A stretch of DNA of 64,000 bases, taken from an uncultured Actinomycetes bacterium. Lineage in GTDB: Bacteria; Actinomycetota; UBA4738; HRBIN12. Position 1 is the first letter of the stretch, and every line of letters starts with the position of its first letter. The translations under genes and the position numbers were made by a program. This document shows positions 49,701-59,183 of the stretch, in pieces. The stretch spans positions 242,043 to 306,042 of the forward strand of contig CAWBAK010000004.1 in NCBI GenBank assembly GCA_963786805.1, in the 5' to 3' direction. The notes beneath the pieces were generated by a model. That model was given only the letters and a program-made list of their open reading frames with translations, searched no databases and had not been told where the DNA came from.

Positions 49701-50635
49701 TCCGCCCACTCGTTCTCGGACAGGGTCGCGACGGCTGCCGTTCCGTTCTTGCCTGCCGTCGACGGAACGACCAACACGCTGTCGTAGTTCGTGGCGGAGT
49801 CGTCGGATGAGTCGAAGATGTAGAGGTCGAAGAAGCGATCGACGTTGTTCCCCCCGGGGAACGCCGTGTTCGCGAGCTTGAACTGCTCCTGCATCGCCGG
49901 GCTGAAGCTTGCCGGGACGTTCGTCCACCCCGCTGCCGGGTCGAGATCGACCCGCTGGTAGGCCGTCCCCCCGGTCGTGGTAGCACCGGGCGCCACGTCC
50001 GGGATGAACTGCCGGATGAGCGCCGGCTGACCCGGCAGGTCGTAGTTCAGCAGGACACCGCGGTTGGAGAAGAACGACCGGAAGTCGACGACCGGTCCCT
50101 GGATCGCGGGCACAAGCGCCCTCGACCCGACCCATTCGACCGAGACGACCTTCTTCCCCGCTCGCTCGGCCGCCTGAAGGATGTGGTCCGCCTGGAGGAT
50201 CCCGGTCCCCGCGAAGCTCGACGAGTTGTTGAAGTTCCCCTCGCCCGTTCGGTGGAAGGTGTTGTTCGTCGAACCGTGCTCGCCGGGATAGGCGCCGGTG
50301 GCGAGCGAGTGCCAACCGACGCCGGTGTTCGGCGGGAAGGCCTGGGTCAGCCCATTGTCACCGCGGACCCCGTTCGCCATCAGGTTCGCGTAGGTCGGCA
50401 TGAGCCCGTCCGCTGCATACGTCTCCATGAGGTCCGGACGCATGCCGTCGGACGCGAAGAAGATCACCTTGTCGGCCTTGGGGCGGCCTCCGCCGGATGG
50501 CTTCCCCTGCTTCAGGGCGCCGGCGGGCACGGCGACGACGAACGCCGCGATGACTGCGAGCGCGACCAGGATCGATCGGGTACGGGAACGGACGACCATC
50601 GCGAGCTCCTTCCGCGGGCCTGAGCCCTCCGACAA
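46742..50635 (-). CDS. Secreted bifunctional nucleotide pyrophosphatase/phosphodiesterase (alkaline-phosphatase-like core) fused to UshA-type 5'-nucleotidase/2',3'-cyclic-nucleotide phosphodiesterase
   Basis: 1297 aa, single intact ORF, with signal peptide [28 protein letters not shown]. The N-terminal half has the NPP/AlkP-core motifs ([13 protein letters not shown]...; ...FASSDHGF...). The C-terminal half has the calcineurin-like metallophosphatase motifs ([26 protein letters not shown]) and a 5'-nucleotidase C-terminal substrate-binding domain. Confidence 0.85.
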   Translation of the reverse strand: MSEGSGPRKELAMVVRSRTRSILVALAVIAAFVVAVPAGALKQGKPSGGGRPKADKVIFFASDGMRPDLMETYAADGLMPTYANLMANGVRGDNGLTQAFPPNTGVGWHSLATGAYPGEHGSTNNTFHRTGEGNFNNSSSFAGTGILQADHILQAAERAGKKVVSVEWVGSRALVPAIQGPVVDFRSFFSNRGVLLNYDLPGQPALIRQFIPDVAPGATTTGGTAYQRVDLDPAAGWTNVPASFSPAMQEQFKLANTAFPGGNNVDRFFDLYIFDSSDDSATNYDSVLVVPSTAGKNGTAAVATLSENEWADVKVTLTGDLTGKTAGFYVKAIEIEPDLSKFRVYFTSIARANASYNALGAAGSLAFEETLNATFPTSTAADFAPLEGGIVDEDTYVEQGLFWADAHWAYLRYILGTAPVPKFGGGTIPGLGVQPDLLMAGSPVTDEFSHQFMGLVTPTDMDGDPNPYFDDLTNDDIPDGRIDEREGYIEAAYHEADGTLGLARQLMGTNATVFASSDHGFAPQWYAVNASKVLVDAGLQGAEQTGNCRKAASGATLAKACYAGGAAQIYLNLAGRDPAQTGPPTNVLNTPQVPAADYDLVRSQIVAAFESLTDPANPGAQVVEDVLLKEELRDVDGSDSLHPNRSGDVVVVLRPPYQFDAATRGQTIAFSQFFGQHGYFPELVDLEHNVNMHGTFVASGPGIRRQDPVEGIRVVDVAPTIAFLMDIPGPQNARGRILTELFPTPGRWKTITILDISDYHGQLVPLAEAADTLAGGGSANPVFPIGGSAFLKPWFDLYRSEAPDGSITVAAGDSVGATPPISSFFGDIPTMEFMNMMGFSADGLGNHNFDKGSAYLRNTLIPLADFPIVSANLLNANGKTPPEWSPSTVFNFAGVKLGLVGFSNEDLVSLIFPGGLDPFHVEARLPRVQAEVNRLRSNGVNTIVVMGHDGATAGTLTSPTGPVVDLADALTGVDAVLGDHTNFQVVSTRPNGILVTENLSKGVRFTRVRLVVDTSTKAVVYKTADFHKPWTIGVTPDPAIQARVDELNAELAPLLSPVIGTSTVAIPRSDKCGRVDSRLCESLLGNVVTDSMRTAFPGFTVDFAITNSGGLRADLTCPTTDNASDFCPAFTPPPYPITLGQVLTVLPFGNVVATAPVSGAVLKTMLENGVSSMPTANGRFPQVSGLCFTYDISATVGSRVTGAVRQAPDGTCTGAPIDLTSAGGPYTVAINDFMAMAGDGYPHLVSVLNTPSIKTMDEVLADYVETNTPISPSVQGRITCVKILNPASTNICPTVTS

Positions 50636-50727
50636 CGGATGCCGACCCAGACCGCGTTGCGAGGTCGTACGGGGGGTCGACCGACGCGGGCGAAGCCTAG
50701 AACACGCGTTCGTCCGGGTCGAATCGC

Positions 50728-51753
50728 CTAGTCGGAGCGGTTCATCACGCGACCCAGCGCCTTCGCGAGCAGCTCGAGCTCGCGGCCGAGATCGAGCATC
50801 TCATCGGGCGTCAGGGCCTGCGGGCCGTCGCAGAGCGCGCTCTCCGGATCGGGGTGCACGTCGATCATGACCGCGTCGGCGCCGGCGGCGATCGCCGCGC
50901 GCGCCATCGGCGCCACGAGTGACTTCTTCCCCACCGCGTGCGAGGGGTCAACGATCACCGGAAGGTGGGATTCGGCCTGGGCGACGGCCATCCCTGCGAG
51001 GTCGAGCGTGTTGCGCGTCGAAGGCTCGAACGTGCGGATCCCGCGCTCGCACAGGATGATCTCGGAGTTCCCGCGCTGGGCGACGTACTCGGCCGCCTGG
51101 AGCCACTCGTCGATCGTCATCGCGAGGCCGCGCTTCAGCATCACCGGCTTGCGGGCGAGCCCGACCTCCTTGAGGAGCTCGAAGTTCTGCGCGTTCCGCG
51201 TGCCGACGCGGATGCAGTCGGCGACCTCCGCGACGAGCTCGACCTGTGAGACGTCGACGACCTCGACGACGATCGGCAGTCCCGTCTGTCTCCGGCACTC
51301 CTGGAGGATGTCCAGTCCGCGTTCGCCCATCCCCTGGAACGAGTAGGGCGAGGTCCGAGGCTTGTAGACGTCGCCTCGCAGGATCGTCGCGCCGGCGGCC
51401 TTCGCGGCCTTCGTCGAGATCAGCGCCTGCTCGTCGCTCTCGACGGCGCACGGCCCGGCGATGATCGTGAAGCTTCCTCGGCCGACCGGCGTCGCCCCGA
51501 CGTTCACGGTCGTGGGCACCGGATGCAGGTCCGCGGCGACCATCTTGTAGGGCTTGCCGATCTGGATGACGTGGTCGACGCCGGGCATCTGCTTCCAGTC
51601 GAAGGCCTGGAACCGCTCCGTGTCGCCGACGAGGCCGATGATGGTGTGGACGGTCCCGTGCGAGACGAAGGCCTCGCCTCCGGCGGCGCGGACGCGCTCG
51701 GCGACGGCCTCGATGTCGGCCGGTGTCGCCTCCCGTCTCATCACCACGACCAT
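50728..51753 (-). CDS. aroG: 3-deoxy-7-phosphoheptulonate (DAHP) synthase, type I-beta with N-terminal ferredoxin/ACT-like regulatory domain
   Basis: 341 aa. The N-terminal roughly 70-aa regulatory domain is followed by the KDSA/DAHPS TIM barrel (...[10 protein letters not shown]...[13 protein letters not shown]...[11 protein letters not shown]...). A strong SD AAGGAGCGGAGG precedes the ATG. Confidence 0.9.
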   Translation of the reverse strand: MVVVMRREATPADIEAVAERVRAAGGEAFVSHGTVHTIIGLVGDTERFQAFDWKQMPGVDHVIQIGKPYKMVAADLHPVPTTVNVGATPVGRGSFTIIAGPCAVESDEQALISTKAAKAAGATILRGDVYKPRTSPYSFQGMGERGLDILQECRRQTGLPIVVEVVDVSQVELVAEVADCIRVGTRNAQNFELLKEVGLARKPVMLKRGLAMTIDEWLQAAEYVAQRGNSEIILCERGIRTFEPSTRNTLDLAGMAVAQAESHLPVIVDPSHAVGKKSLVAPMARAAIAAGADAVMIDVHPDPESALCDGPQALTPDEMLDLGRELELLAKALGRVMNRSD

Positions 51754-51780
51754 CGGTCTGCCTCCGCTCCTTGGGACCGC

Positions 51781-51816
51781 CCGAGAGACGAAGAACCCCG
51801 GGCTCCGGGCCCGGGG
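51781..51816 (-). terminator. Intrinsic terminator / attenuator in the aroG leader (GC hairpin CCCCGGGC-uccgg-GCCCGGGG followed by a U-rich tract)
   Basis: On the minus strand the hairpin at 51816..51796 is followed by UUCUUCGUCUCUCGG (51795..51781). It is located between the leader-peptide stop (51843) and the aroG SD. See finding. Confidence 0.55.
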
Positions 51817-51842
51817 TCGTCTTCTGCCTTGCGGCTCAGGCG

Positions 51843-51896
51843 ACTACGCCGGGCCCGGCCCGCCGTAGAACCACCCGAAACCGAAGGATGCCTGCA
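51843..51896 (-). CDS. Putative aromatic-amino-acid leader peptide (17 aa: MQASFGFGWFYGGPGPA)
   Basis: ATG at 51896, stop TAG at 51845..51843. The peptide has Phe-Gly-Phe-Gly-Trp-Phe-Tyr in 7 consecutive codons. It is immediately followed by a terminator hairpin and then the DAHP synthase gene. The 3' codons (GGCGGGCCGGGCCCGGCG) can pair alternatively with the 5' arm of the terminator. Confidence 0.5.
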
Positions 51897-51999
51897 TCGG
51901 ACCGCCATGGTGCCAGCGAACGACGGGCCTGGCAACCACCCCGAGGCGGCTCGGCACGCTCGATCGCGCGCGGGCAGGCGCCGACCCGCGAGGGTTACG

Positions 52000-52626
52000 A
52001 TGCGCGGCGTGTCCGTCACGATCGTCGATCACCCACTCGCCGGGCACCTGCTGACGCAGCTGCGGGACCAGGACACGGCGCCGCCGGTGTTCCGAACGCT
52101 GGCCAAACGCCTCGCGCTGGCGCTCGCGCTCGAGGCGATCCGCGATCTGCCCACGACCGAAGTCGAGGTGCAGGGCCCGCTGGAGCGTGCGAAGGGGCGG
52201 ATCCTGGGCGACCTCGTCGCGGTCCCGATCCTTCGTGCCGGCCTCGGGATGCTCGAGGCGGTCACCGAACTGTTCCCCGAGGTGGCCGTCGGCTACATCG
52301 GGCTCGAGCGCGACGAGGCGTCCCTGCAACCGCAGTCGTACTACCGGAAGCTCCCCCAGGTCGCCGGACGGCACGTCCTCGTCCTGGACCCGATGCTCGC
52401 GACGGGCGGATCGGGTTCGGCGGCGACCGCCGCCGTCCGCGAGGGCGACCCGGCCTCGATCCGGTTCGTCTGCGTCGTCTCGGCGCCCGAGGGCATCGCG
52501 AGGATGGAGGCCGACCACCCGGACGTGCCGATCTTCACCGCCGCCGTCGACCGGCAGCTGAACGAGCACGGCTACATCCTGCCCGGGCTGGGCGACTTCG
52601 GCGATCGGCTGTTCGGGACCGAGTAG
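52000..52626 (+). CDS. upp: Uracil phosphoribosyltransferase
   Basis: 208 aa with the PRPP-binding motif ...VLVLDPMLATGGS.... The start is at ATG 52000. The upstream part of the track ORF is junk. Confidence 0.9.
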   Translation: MRGVSVTIVDHPLAGHLLTQLRDQDTAPPVFRTLAKRLALALALEAIRDLPTTEVEVQGPLERAKGRILGDLVAVPILRAGLGMLEAVTELFPEVAVGYIGLERDEASLQPQSYYRKLPQVAGRHVLVLDPMLATGGSGSAATAAVREGDPASIRFVCVVSAPEGIARMEADHPDVPIFTAAVDRQLNEHGYILPGLGDFGDRLFGTE

Positions 52627-52656
52627 AGGCGGAACCGCGCGGACCGGACAGCGACG

Positions 52657-53632
52657 TCAGGAGCCGCCCGCGCCCTCGTAGGCCCGTCCAGCCGCTTCCG
52701 GCGGGCGCACCCGCCCGACGAATCCGGCGATCGCCACGATCGTGACGACGTACGGGATCATCCGGATGAACTGGGGTGGCAACGCGGAGATCACCGGCGC
52801 GTTGTTCAGGCGCAAAGGGATCGCAAACGTGAAGCCGAAGAGCCACGCGAAGAACATCAGGCGGACCGGATTCCAGTTCGACAGGATCAGCGCGGCGAGG
52901 GCGATGAAGCCGAGAAAGAGCGTCTGGCCCTCCCGCCAGTTGCCGATCACCTCCGACGCGAGGAAGGCACCGGACATCCCGGCGAACGCCCCGGACAGCA
53001 TGACTCCCTGATACCGGTAGACGGAAACGCTCACGCCGAGCGAACGCGTCGCCTCGGGGTTCTCGCCGCACGACCGGAGACGAAGACCCCAGCGCAGCCT
53101 GTTCAGCGCGAACCACACGGGGACCACCATCAACGCCGCGATGAGCACCACGGGGGATAACCCTTGGAACGCCCGCCCGAGCCCGCTCGGCAGCGACGAC
53201 AGCCCGGGGATGTCCAGGCGGTCCAGGTGCGGTCCGCCGGGGTCGGACTGCGTCGACTGGCCGTCGAAGAACGCGGACGAAAGGAACCGCGCCAAGCCCA
53301 CAGCCACCAGGTTGATCACCACGCCCGACACGATGTGGTCGACCCGGAACGAGATCGTCGCCAGCGCGTGAACGCCCGCGAACAGGGCACCGCAGAACGC
53401 GCCGAACAGCAAGCCGAGCGAGTGGTCCCCAAGGCAGGCCGAGCTCCAACGAGTCGGTGAAGAACCGCGCCCCGAACGCCCCGGTGACCGTTCCGATGAT
53501 CATCAGGCCTTCGAGGCCGATGTTGACGATGCCCGAGCGTTCGCTGAACAGACCGCCGAGGCCGGTCAGATAGAGGATGGTGAAGTAGGTGAACGAGATC
53601 TGGACGGCCACGGCGATGTCGGTGAAGGGCAT
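52657..53632 (-). pseudogene. Nucleoside ABC transporter permease (BMP-system YufQ/NupC-like), frameshifted near 53422
   Basis: N-terminal frame: MPFTDIAVAVQISFTYFTILYLTGLGGLFSERSGIVNIGLEGLMIIGTVTGAFGARFFTDSLELGLPWGP. Downstream frame: SLGLLFGAFCGALFAGVHALATISFRVDHIVSGVVINLVAVG.... Removal of a c (ccaCtcg) rejoins them. Confidence 0.75.
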
Positions 53633-54879
53633 CAGCCTTCCCTCTCGTCTGCCGGCTGGAACGCCTCGGAACCCGACGGCTCGGGTTCCGTACCCGGCGG
53701 CGTTCCTGCGTCACCCGGACCCGACGAGTCCTCGAGCGCGCCCGCCTCTCCGGCCCGCTGCAACTGCCTGGCCGCCAGCCGGCGCTTCGCGATCTGGTAC
53801 GTGATGACCACCGAGAGGATCAGGATCCCCTGCAGGATGATGATGAACTCGCGCGGCACCTCGCTTTGGATCTGCAGCGCCACCTCGCCTCGCGAGAGGA
53901 TCCCCCACAGGATGGCCGCGAACACGATCCCGATCGGGTTGTTCTGACCGAGGAACGCGACGGCGATCCCCGTGAAGCCCAGCGCGGTGATGTAGTTCTG
54001 CGGCAAGTGCCCCTTGTCCGCGAGGATCTGCTGCATCCCCACCAGACCGGCAAGCGCGCCCGAGATCAGGAACAGCTTGAGCTGGGTTGCGCCGATCGAG
54101 ATCCCTCCGGCTCGCGCGGATCCCGGTGAGGATCCCACGGCGCGCGCCTCGTACCCGAGACGCATCCTCCTGATGAGGAACCACACCAGCACGGCGGCGG
54201 CGATCGCCAGGAAGAGCAGCCACGACAGATGGGCGCCGGGGGTGACGCCGAAGAACTCGCCGATGTCGCCGATCAACGCACCGTCGGGGAACTGATCCGT
54301 CCGCAGGTCGACGTTCTGACCTCCGGGCCGTTCGCTGACCCTCAGCGGGAAGTTGATCGCCCAGGCCAGGAGGCTCACCGCGATCCCGTTGAGCATGATC
54401 GTCGTCACGACTTCGTGAGCGCCGGTCTTGACCTTCAAGATGGCCGGGATCGCGGCCCACACCATCCCTCCCAGCATCGCGGCGGCCAGCACCGCCGTCA
54501 CGAGGAGAGGTCCGGGGAGGAATCCCAGCTCGAGCGCGGCCCAAGCCGCGGTCACCATGGCGACCAGGTACTGGCCTTCGATGCCGATGTTGAACATGCC
54601 GCCCTTGAAGCAGACGGCCACCGCCAGCGCCGAGAAGATCAACGGGGTGGCGATCGCCAGGACGTATCCGATCCCGTCGACCGTTCCGAGCGACGCCTCC
54701 AGGATCGACGAGTAGACCCCGATCGGAGTCTCCCCGTACGCGACGATCAGGACCGATCCGATGAGGACGGCGATCCCGAGCGACGTGAGGAGTGCCAGGA
54801 TCTGGCCGACGAGGCCCTCGAGCCACGGCGGGCGCGCACGCGAAAGCGAAGCCGGGACCGCCCCCGCCTCACTTGGCAC
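53632..54879 (-). CDS. Nucleoside ABC transporter permease (BMP-system YufP/NupB-like)
   Basis: 415 aa, about 10 TM, branched-chain amino acid/sugar permease (BPD-2) fold. Confidence 0.85.
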   Translation of the reverse strand: MPSEAGAVPASLSRARPPWLEGLVGQILALLTSLGIAVLIGSVLIVAYGETPIGVYSSILEASLGTVDGIGYVLAIATPLIFSALAVAVCFKGGMFNIGIEGQYLVAMVTAAWAALELGFLPGPLLVTAVLAAAMLGGMVWAAIPAILKVKTGAHEVVTTIMLNGIAVSLLAWAINFPLRVSERPGGQNVDLRTDQFPDGALIGDIGEFFGVTPGAHLSWLLFLAIAAAVLVWFLIRRMRLGYEARAVGSSPGSARAGGISIGATQLKLFLISGALAGLVGMQQILADKGHLPQNYITALGFTGIAVAFLGQNNPIGIVFAAILWGILSRGEVALQIQSEVPREFIIILQGILILSVVITYQIAKRRLAARQLQRAGEAGALEDSSGPGDAGTPPGTEPEPSGSEAFQPADEREG

Positions 54880-56412
54880 TTAGGCGACCTCCTCCCTCGC
54901 TCCGCCGAGCATCCCGAGCCCGATCTGTTCCGGCGCCGCATCGGGTGAGAACTCGCCCGTGATCCTGCCCTCGTACAGGGTCACGATCCGATCCGACAGC
55001 GCGTAGATCTCGTCGAGCTCGGCCGAGATCAGCAGGATGCCGCGCCCCGCAGCCTTCTGCTCCAAGATCTGCGTCCAGACGAACTCGATCGCGCCGACGT
55101 CGAGGCCGCGCGTCGGTTGTGCGGCGATCAACAGCTTGGGATCGGTCTCGAGCTCCCGCGCGAGGATGAGTTTCTGCTGGTTCCCGCCCGACAACGTCGA
55201 AGCGTTCACGTCGATGCTCCGGGTCCGAACGTCGAACAACGTCACCAGCCGGCCTGCGAGCTCCTTGATCTTGCGGATCAGGAGAACGCCCAGCCGCGTG
55301 GAGAACTCCGCGTCGTCCTGGCGCCCGAGGACGGCGTTCTCCCACAACGTCATGTCGAGAACCAGTCCCTGGCCGTGGCGATCCTCGGGGATGTAGCCGA
55401 CACCGATGTTCCGGATCTCGCCGACGGATCGCCCGGCGATGTCCTTGCCTTCGAGCTGGATCGTGCCGGCCTCGGGTTTGCGAAGTCCGAACAGCGCCTC
55501 CGCCAGCTCACGCTGGCCGTTGCCCTCGACGCCCGCCACCCCAAGGATCTCTCCGGCTCGGACCTCCAGGGTGATCCCGTTCAGCTTCCCCTCACCGGCG
55601 AGATCCTCGACCCGGAGCACGGGCTCACCGACCTCCACCTGCGGCTTCTCCAATCGGAACAGGACCGGTCGGCCCACCATCATCTCGGCGAGCTTGGCCT
55701 TGGATGTCTCGGCCGGGGTCGTCTCGCCGACCACCCGTCCCCGTCGCAGCACCGTGATCCGATCCGCGATCTCGAGCACCTCGTCCAGCTTGTGGCTGAT
55801 GAACACGATCGTCCTGCCCGCCTCTCGGAGCTTGCGAAGGTTCCCGAAGAGATCCTTGGATTCCGCCGGCGTGAGGACCGCCGTCGGCTCATCCAGGATC
55901 AGGATCTCGACGCCGCGGTACAGCGCCTTCAGGATCTCGACGCGCTGCTCCTCACCGACGGACAGGTCCTCGACCAACGCGGTCGGCTTGACGCGGAACC
56001 CGTACTGATCGGCGAGCTGCGCGACCTTCTTGCCGGCCTCGTCGATGTCGAGGAGGGGACCTCCTTCCTCGCCCAGGATGATGTTCTCCGTGACGGTGAA
56101 GCGGTCAACCAGCACGAAGTGCTGGTGGACCATGCCGATCCCGAGCGCGATCGCGTCACGCGGCGACCCGATCCGCGCTTCTTTCCCTCGAACGCGGATC
56201 GTCCCTCCGTCGGTCGGGTAGATGCCGTACAGGACGCGCATCAGCGTGGACTTCCCGGCCCCGTTCTCCCCGATGAGCGCGTGGACCTCGCCGGGTCGCA
56301 GCTCGAGGCTCACCTCGTCGTTGGCGAGGACGCCCGGGAACCGCTTCGTGATCTTCTCGAGCTCGACGAGGGGCGGGGAGCCCTTGCCCCCCGCCCCATC
56401 GCCCTCGCTCAT
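54880..56412 (-). CDS. Nucleoside/sugar ABC transporter ATP-binding protein with duplicated NBDs
   Basis: 510 aa with two nucleotide-binding domains (Walker A GENGAGKST and GVEGNGQRELAE..., signature LSVGEEQRVEILKAL / LSGGNQQKLILAREL). Confidence 0.9.
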   Translation of the reverse strand: MSEGDGAGGKGSPPLVELEKITKRFPGVLANDEVSLELRPGEVHALIGENGAGKSTLMRVLYGIYPTDGGTIRVRGKEARIGSPRDAIALGIGMVHQHFVLVDRFTVTENIILGEEGGPLLDIDEAGKKVAQLADQYGFRVKPTALVEDLSVGEEQRVEILKALYRGVEILILDEPTAVLTPAESKDLFGNLRKLREAGRTIVFISHKLDEVLEIADRITVLRRGRVVGETTPAETSKAKLAEMMVGRPVLFRLEKPQVEVGEPVLRVEDLAGEGKLNGITLEVRAGEILGVAGVEGNGQRELAEALFGLRKPEAGTIQLEGKDIAGRSVGEIRNIGVGYIPEDRHGQGLVLDMTLWENAVLGRQDDAEFSTRLGVLLIRKIKELAGRLVTLFDVRTRSIDVNASTLSGGNQQKLILARELETDPKLLIAAQPTRGLDVGAIEFVWTQILEQKAAGRGILLISAELDEIYALSDRIVTLYEGRITGEFSPDAAPEQIGLGMLGGAREEVA

Positions 56413-56429
56413 GGTTCCGCCGCTCCGGC

Positions 56430-57551
56430 TCAGGCCGGCACGTCCGGGACGACGATGGTCCCGTCGATGATCTGCGCCTTGAAGTCATCGAGCTGCGTGA
56501 CGATGTCATCGGTCAGCTGCTCGGGGTTCGACGTCGCGAAGTCGAGACCCTCCTCGGCCATGCCGAAGACCAGGCTCCCTCCGAACGACCCGTCGCCGAC
56601 ACCCGCGATCGCGGTGTACACGGCCGTGTCGACCCGCTTCAGCATCGAGGTCAGGATCAGCGGCTGCTGCTCCGGGCTCGCCGTCAGGTACTGGTCCGAG
56701 TCGACGCCGATCGCGAGCTTGTCGGCCGCGACCGCGGCGTTGAACAGACCGGCGCCCGATGCCCCGGCGGCGTGGTAGATGATCTCGGCGCCGTCGTCGT
56801 ACATGGCGGTGGAGAGGGCTTCTCCGCGCACCGGGTCGTTGAATGCGGTCGTGTCGTCGCCGATGTACTCGACGAGCACCTCGATGTTCGGGTTGATCTC
56901 CGCCGCACCGGCCTCGTACCCGGCCTGGAACTTCTCGATCAGCGTGCCGGTCTGGCCGCCGAGGAAGCCGATGGTGTCGCAGCCGCACTTCAGTGCCGCG
57001 GCCGCCCCGACCAGGAAGGAGCCCTCGTGCTCCTTGAAGGTGTAGTCGGCCACGTTCGGGAGATCGGCCACGTCGTTCGTGAGGAACGAGCAGAACTCCA
57101 GCGGGCAGGTCGCGAATCCGTCCACGATCATGAAGCTCGTGTCCGGGTAGTCCACGCCGATCGCGTTGATCCCCTCCGAGAACGCGAACCCGACCCCGAT
57201 GACCAGGTCGAAGCCGGCATCGGCGAGCGCCTGCGCGTTCTGGTCGCGATCGGATCCCGTCGAGTTCGCCTCGTTCGTGACGACGTTCTCCTCGCACACC
57301 AAGCCGTCGGCGACCGCCTGGTCGAGCCCGGCCTTGGCGGCGTCGTTGAACGACTTGTCACCGAGGCCACCGATGTCGAACGCCATCCCTACTTGGATGT
57401 CGGCATTGCACTCCACTCCGGTTTCGCCGGTCGGCCCGGTGGTGTCGGTGGTCCCGGTAGCTCCGGTACCCCCACCGTCATCTCCACACGCCGCCGCGAC
57501 GACCCCGAGCACGGCAACGAGGATCAGGAGCCTCGTTCGCAATGAACCCAT
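56430..57551 (-). CDS. BMP family (PnrA/Med-like) nucleoside-binding ABC substrate-binding lipoprotein
   Basis: 373 aa with a signal peptide plus lipobox (LGVVAAAC) and a basic-membrane-protein fold (...GMAFDIGGLGDKSFND...GVGFAF...). Confidence 0.85.
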   Translation of the reverse strand: MGSLRTRLLILVAVLGVVAAACGDDGGGTGATGTTDTTGPTGETGVECNADIQVGMAFDIGGLGDKSFNDAAKAGLDQAVADGLVCEENVVTNEANSTGSDRDQNAQALADAGFDLVIGVGFAFSEGINAIGVDYPDTSFMIVDGFATCPLEFCSFLTNDVADLPNVADYTFKEHEGSFLVGAAAALKCGCDTIGFLGGQTGTLIEKFQAGYEAGAAEINPNIEVLVEYIGDDTTAFNDPVRGEALSTAMYDDGAEIIYHAAGASGAGLFNAAVAADKLAIGVDSDQYLTASPEQQPLILTSMLKRVDTAVYTAIAGVGDGSFGGSLVFGMAEEGLDFATSNPEQLTDDIVTQLDDFKAQIIDGTIVVPDVPA

Positions 57552-57662
57552 GCCGTTCCCCCCTCCTACTGCTGTGGACGCCCGCGCCGGGCACGGTTCG
57601 AGATTGTCCGCGCAAGGTCACGAGCCGGTCAAACCGGGATACGGTGGCGGACCGGTGTCGGG

Positions 57663-58088
57663 ATGACCGAAGGCGACCGCCTGGCCGAGGTTCGGGAGCG
57701 GTTCGAGCGCTCCAGGTTCCACACGTCCTTCCTGGGTGCCCGGCTCGGGCGGGTCCGGCCGGGGGAAGTGGACGTGGAGCTGGAGGTCGGTTCCGAGCAC
57801 CTGAACCTGTTCGGGACGATGCACGGCGGGATGATCGCCACCCTCGCCGACACCGCCACGGGTCTGGCGATGCTCACAACGCTTCAACCCGGGACGACGC
57901 ACCTGACGGCCTCGCTCGGCGTGACGTTCCTCGCGCCCGGGCGAGCCGGGGTCGTCACCGCGCGAGGGCGGGTGCTGAAGGCCGGACGGCGCTTCGGGTA
58001 CGCCGAGGCCGATGTGGTGAACGAGGCGGGGGACCTCCTCGCCCGGGCCACGGCGACCTTCACGATCCTGCCCGAGCGCGATCAGTAG
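57663..58088 (+). CDS. PaaI/YbgC-type hotdog-fold thioesterase
   Basis: 141 aa: ...NLFGTMHGGMIATLADTATGLAM.... Confidence 0.8.
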   Translation: MTEGDRLAEVRERFERSRFHTSFLGARLGRVRPGEVDVELEVGSEHLNLFGTMHGGMIATLADTATGLAMLTTLQPGTTHLTASLGVTFLAPGRAGVVTARGRVLKAGRRFGYAEADVVNEAGDLLARATATFTILPERDQ

Positions 58089-58465
58089 TCGACGTCCATG
58101 TCCTGCATCACGCGGGCGAACTCCGTGAGCGCGCCCTGCAGCTGCATCAGGAGCGTCATCGAGCCGTTGATCCTGATCTTCCCCGTCATGAACGCGCTCA
58201 CCGGGTTCAGCTCACTCCGGGCGAGGGCGGCCGCCGTCTCGTAGTCCTGCTCGATCGTGGCATCGGCCTTGTCGGCATCGCCGGATCCGAGCTCGACCTT
58301 CCCGCCCGAGAAGCGGAGCCAGTACCGCTTCTGCCCCTCCGGCGTGGCGATCACGTTCTGGATCGTCGCGTTCGCGTTCTCCGAGGCCTTGGCGAAGGCC
58401 TCGGACGCGTTCAGGCGCTGCTCGAGCTCGGTGGTCCACTCGTCGGAGAGGAACTGAACGGGCAC
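58082..58465 (-). CDS. SCP2 sterol-binding domain protein
   Basis: 127 aa: ...GKVELGSGDADKADATIEQDYETAAALARSELNPVSAFMTGKIRINGSMTLLMQL, the typical SCP2 C-terminus. Confidence 0.75.
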   Translation of the reverse strand: MPVQFLSDEWTTELEQRLNASEAFAKASENANATIQNVIATPEGQKRYWLRFSGGKVELGSGDADKADATIEQDYETAAALARSELNPVSAFMTGKIRINGSMTLLMQLQGALTEFARVMQDMDVDY

Positions 58466-58534
58466 GTCGGCCTCCAGTGTCGGCGGTTGGTTCCCGGAGT
58501 CTAGAGCCCGCCACCCGCCACCGAACGGTTCGCC

Positions 58535-59183
58535 TCAAGCGTCCTCGAACAGTTGCGGCTCGGTGAGATGGCGGACGTCGTTCAGGAACCGGACCTCGCG
58601 CCGGTCGCCGTCGACCCCGATCACGCTGATCGACGTGTTCTCCGGAAGGAAGAACATCTCCTGCTCGAGTCGGAGCAGTGGCGCCACGTAGGCGTTCACG
58701 ACCCCGCCGTGACAGAACACGTACACGTTTCCCCGCGGATGCTCGGAGAGGGCGCGCTCCACACCGGCCAAGACGCGCGCCCGGAAGGCCTCCAGGTCCT
58801 CGGATCCCAGGAGCGTGCCGCCAGAAGGCTTCGTGATTGCGGAAGCTGTGGAGCAAGGCCTCATCGCCCCCGAGGATCTCTTCGAAGGTCCGGTTCTCCC
58901 AGTCGCCGATGAACGCCTCGGTCAGGTCCATGTCGTATCCGACACCGATGCCCGCCTTGTCCGCGTACGCGAGGGCGGTCTCGCGGGCGCGTCGAAGCGG
59001 CGAGCTCACGATCGCGGCCGGCGGGTCCATCTGGAGCAGCCGCCGCGCGAGGCGTTCGGCCTGGTCCCGTCCCTCCGCCGCGAGCGGCGGATCGTACTGA
59101 TCGCCGCGCGGCGTCGAGGCGAAATCGTCGTTGTCCAGGTCCGAGCGTCCGTGCCGGATCAGGTACAGGACCCGAGCCGTCAT
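58535..59183 (-). pseudogene. Histidine phosphatase family protein (phosphoglycerate-mutase-like), frameshifted near 58807
   Basis: N-terminal frame: MTARVLYLIRHGRSD...PPLAAEGRDQAERLARRL...SSPLRRARETA... (the RHG catalytic motif). Downstream frame: (G)SEDLEAFRARVLAGVERAL...VYVFCHGGVVNAYVA.... Removal of one g from ctggGatcc joins them. Confidence 0.7.

Noticed and set aside
51897-52000. PyrR-type RNA switch upstream of upp
   Set aside because: No match to the conserved PyrR binding loop (UCCAGAGAGGCU-like) was seen. The structured element in this spacer is better explained as the aroG leader/attenuator on the opposite strand.
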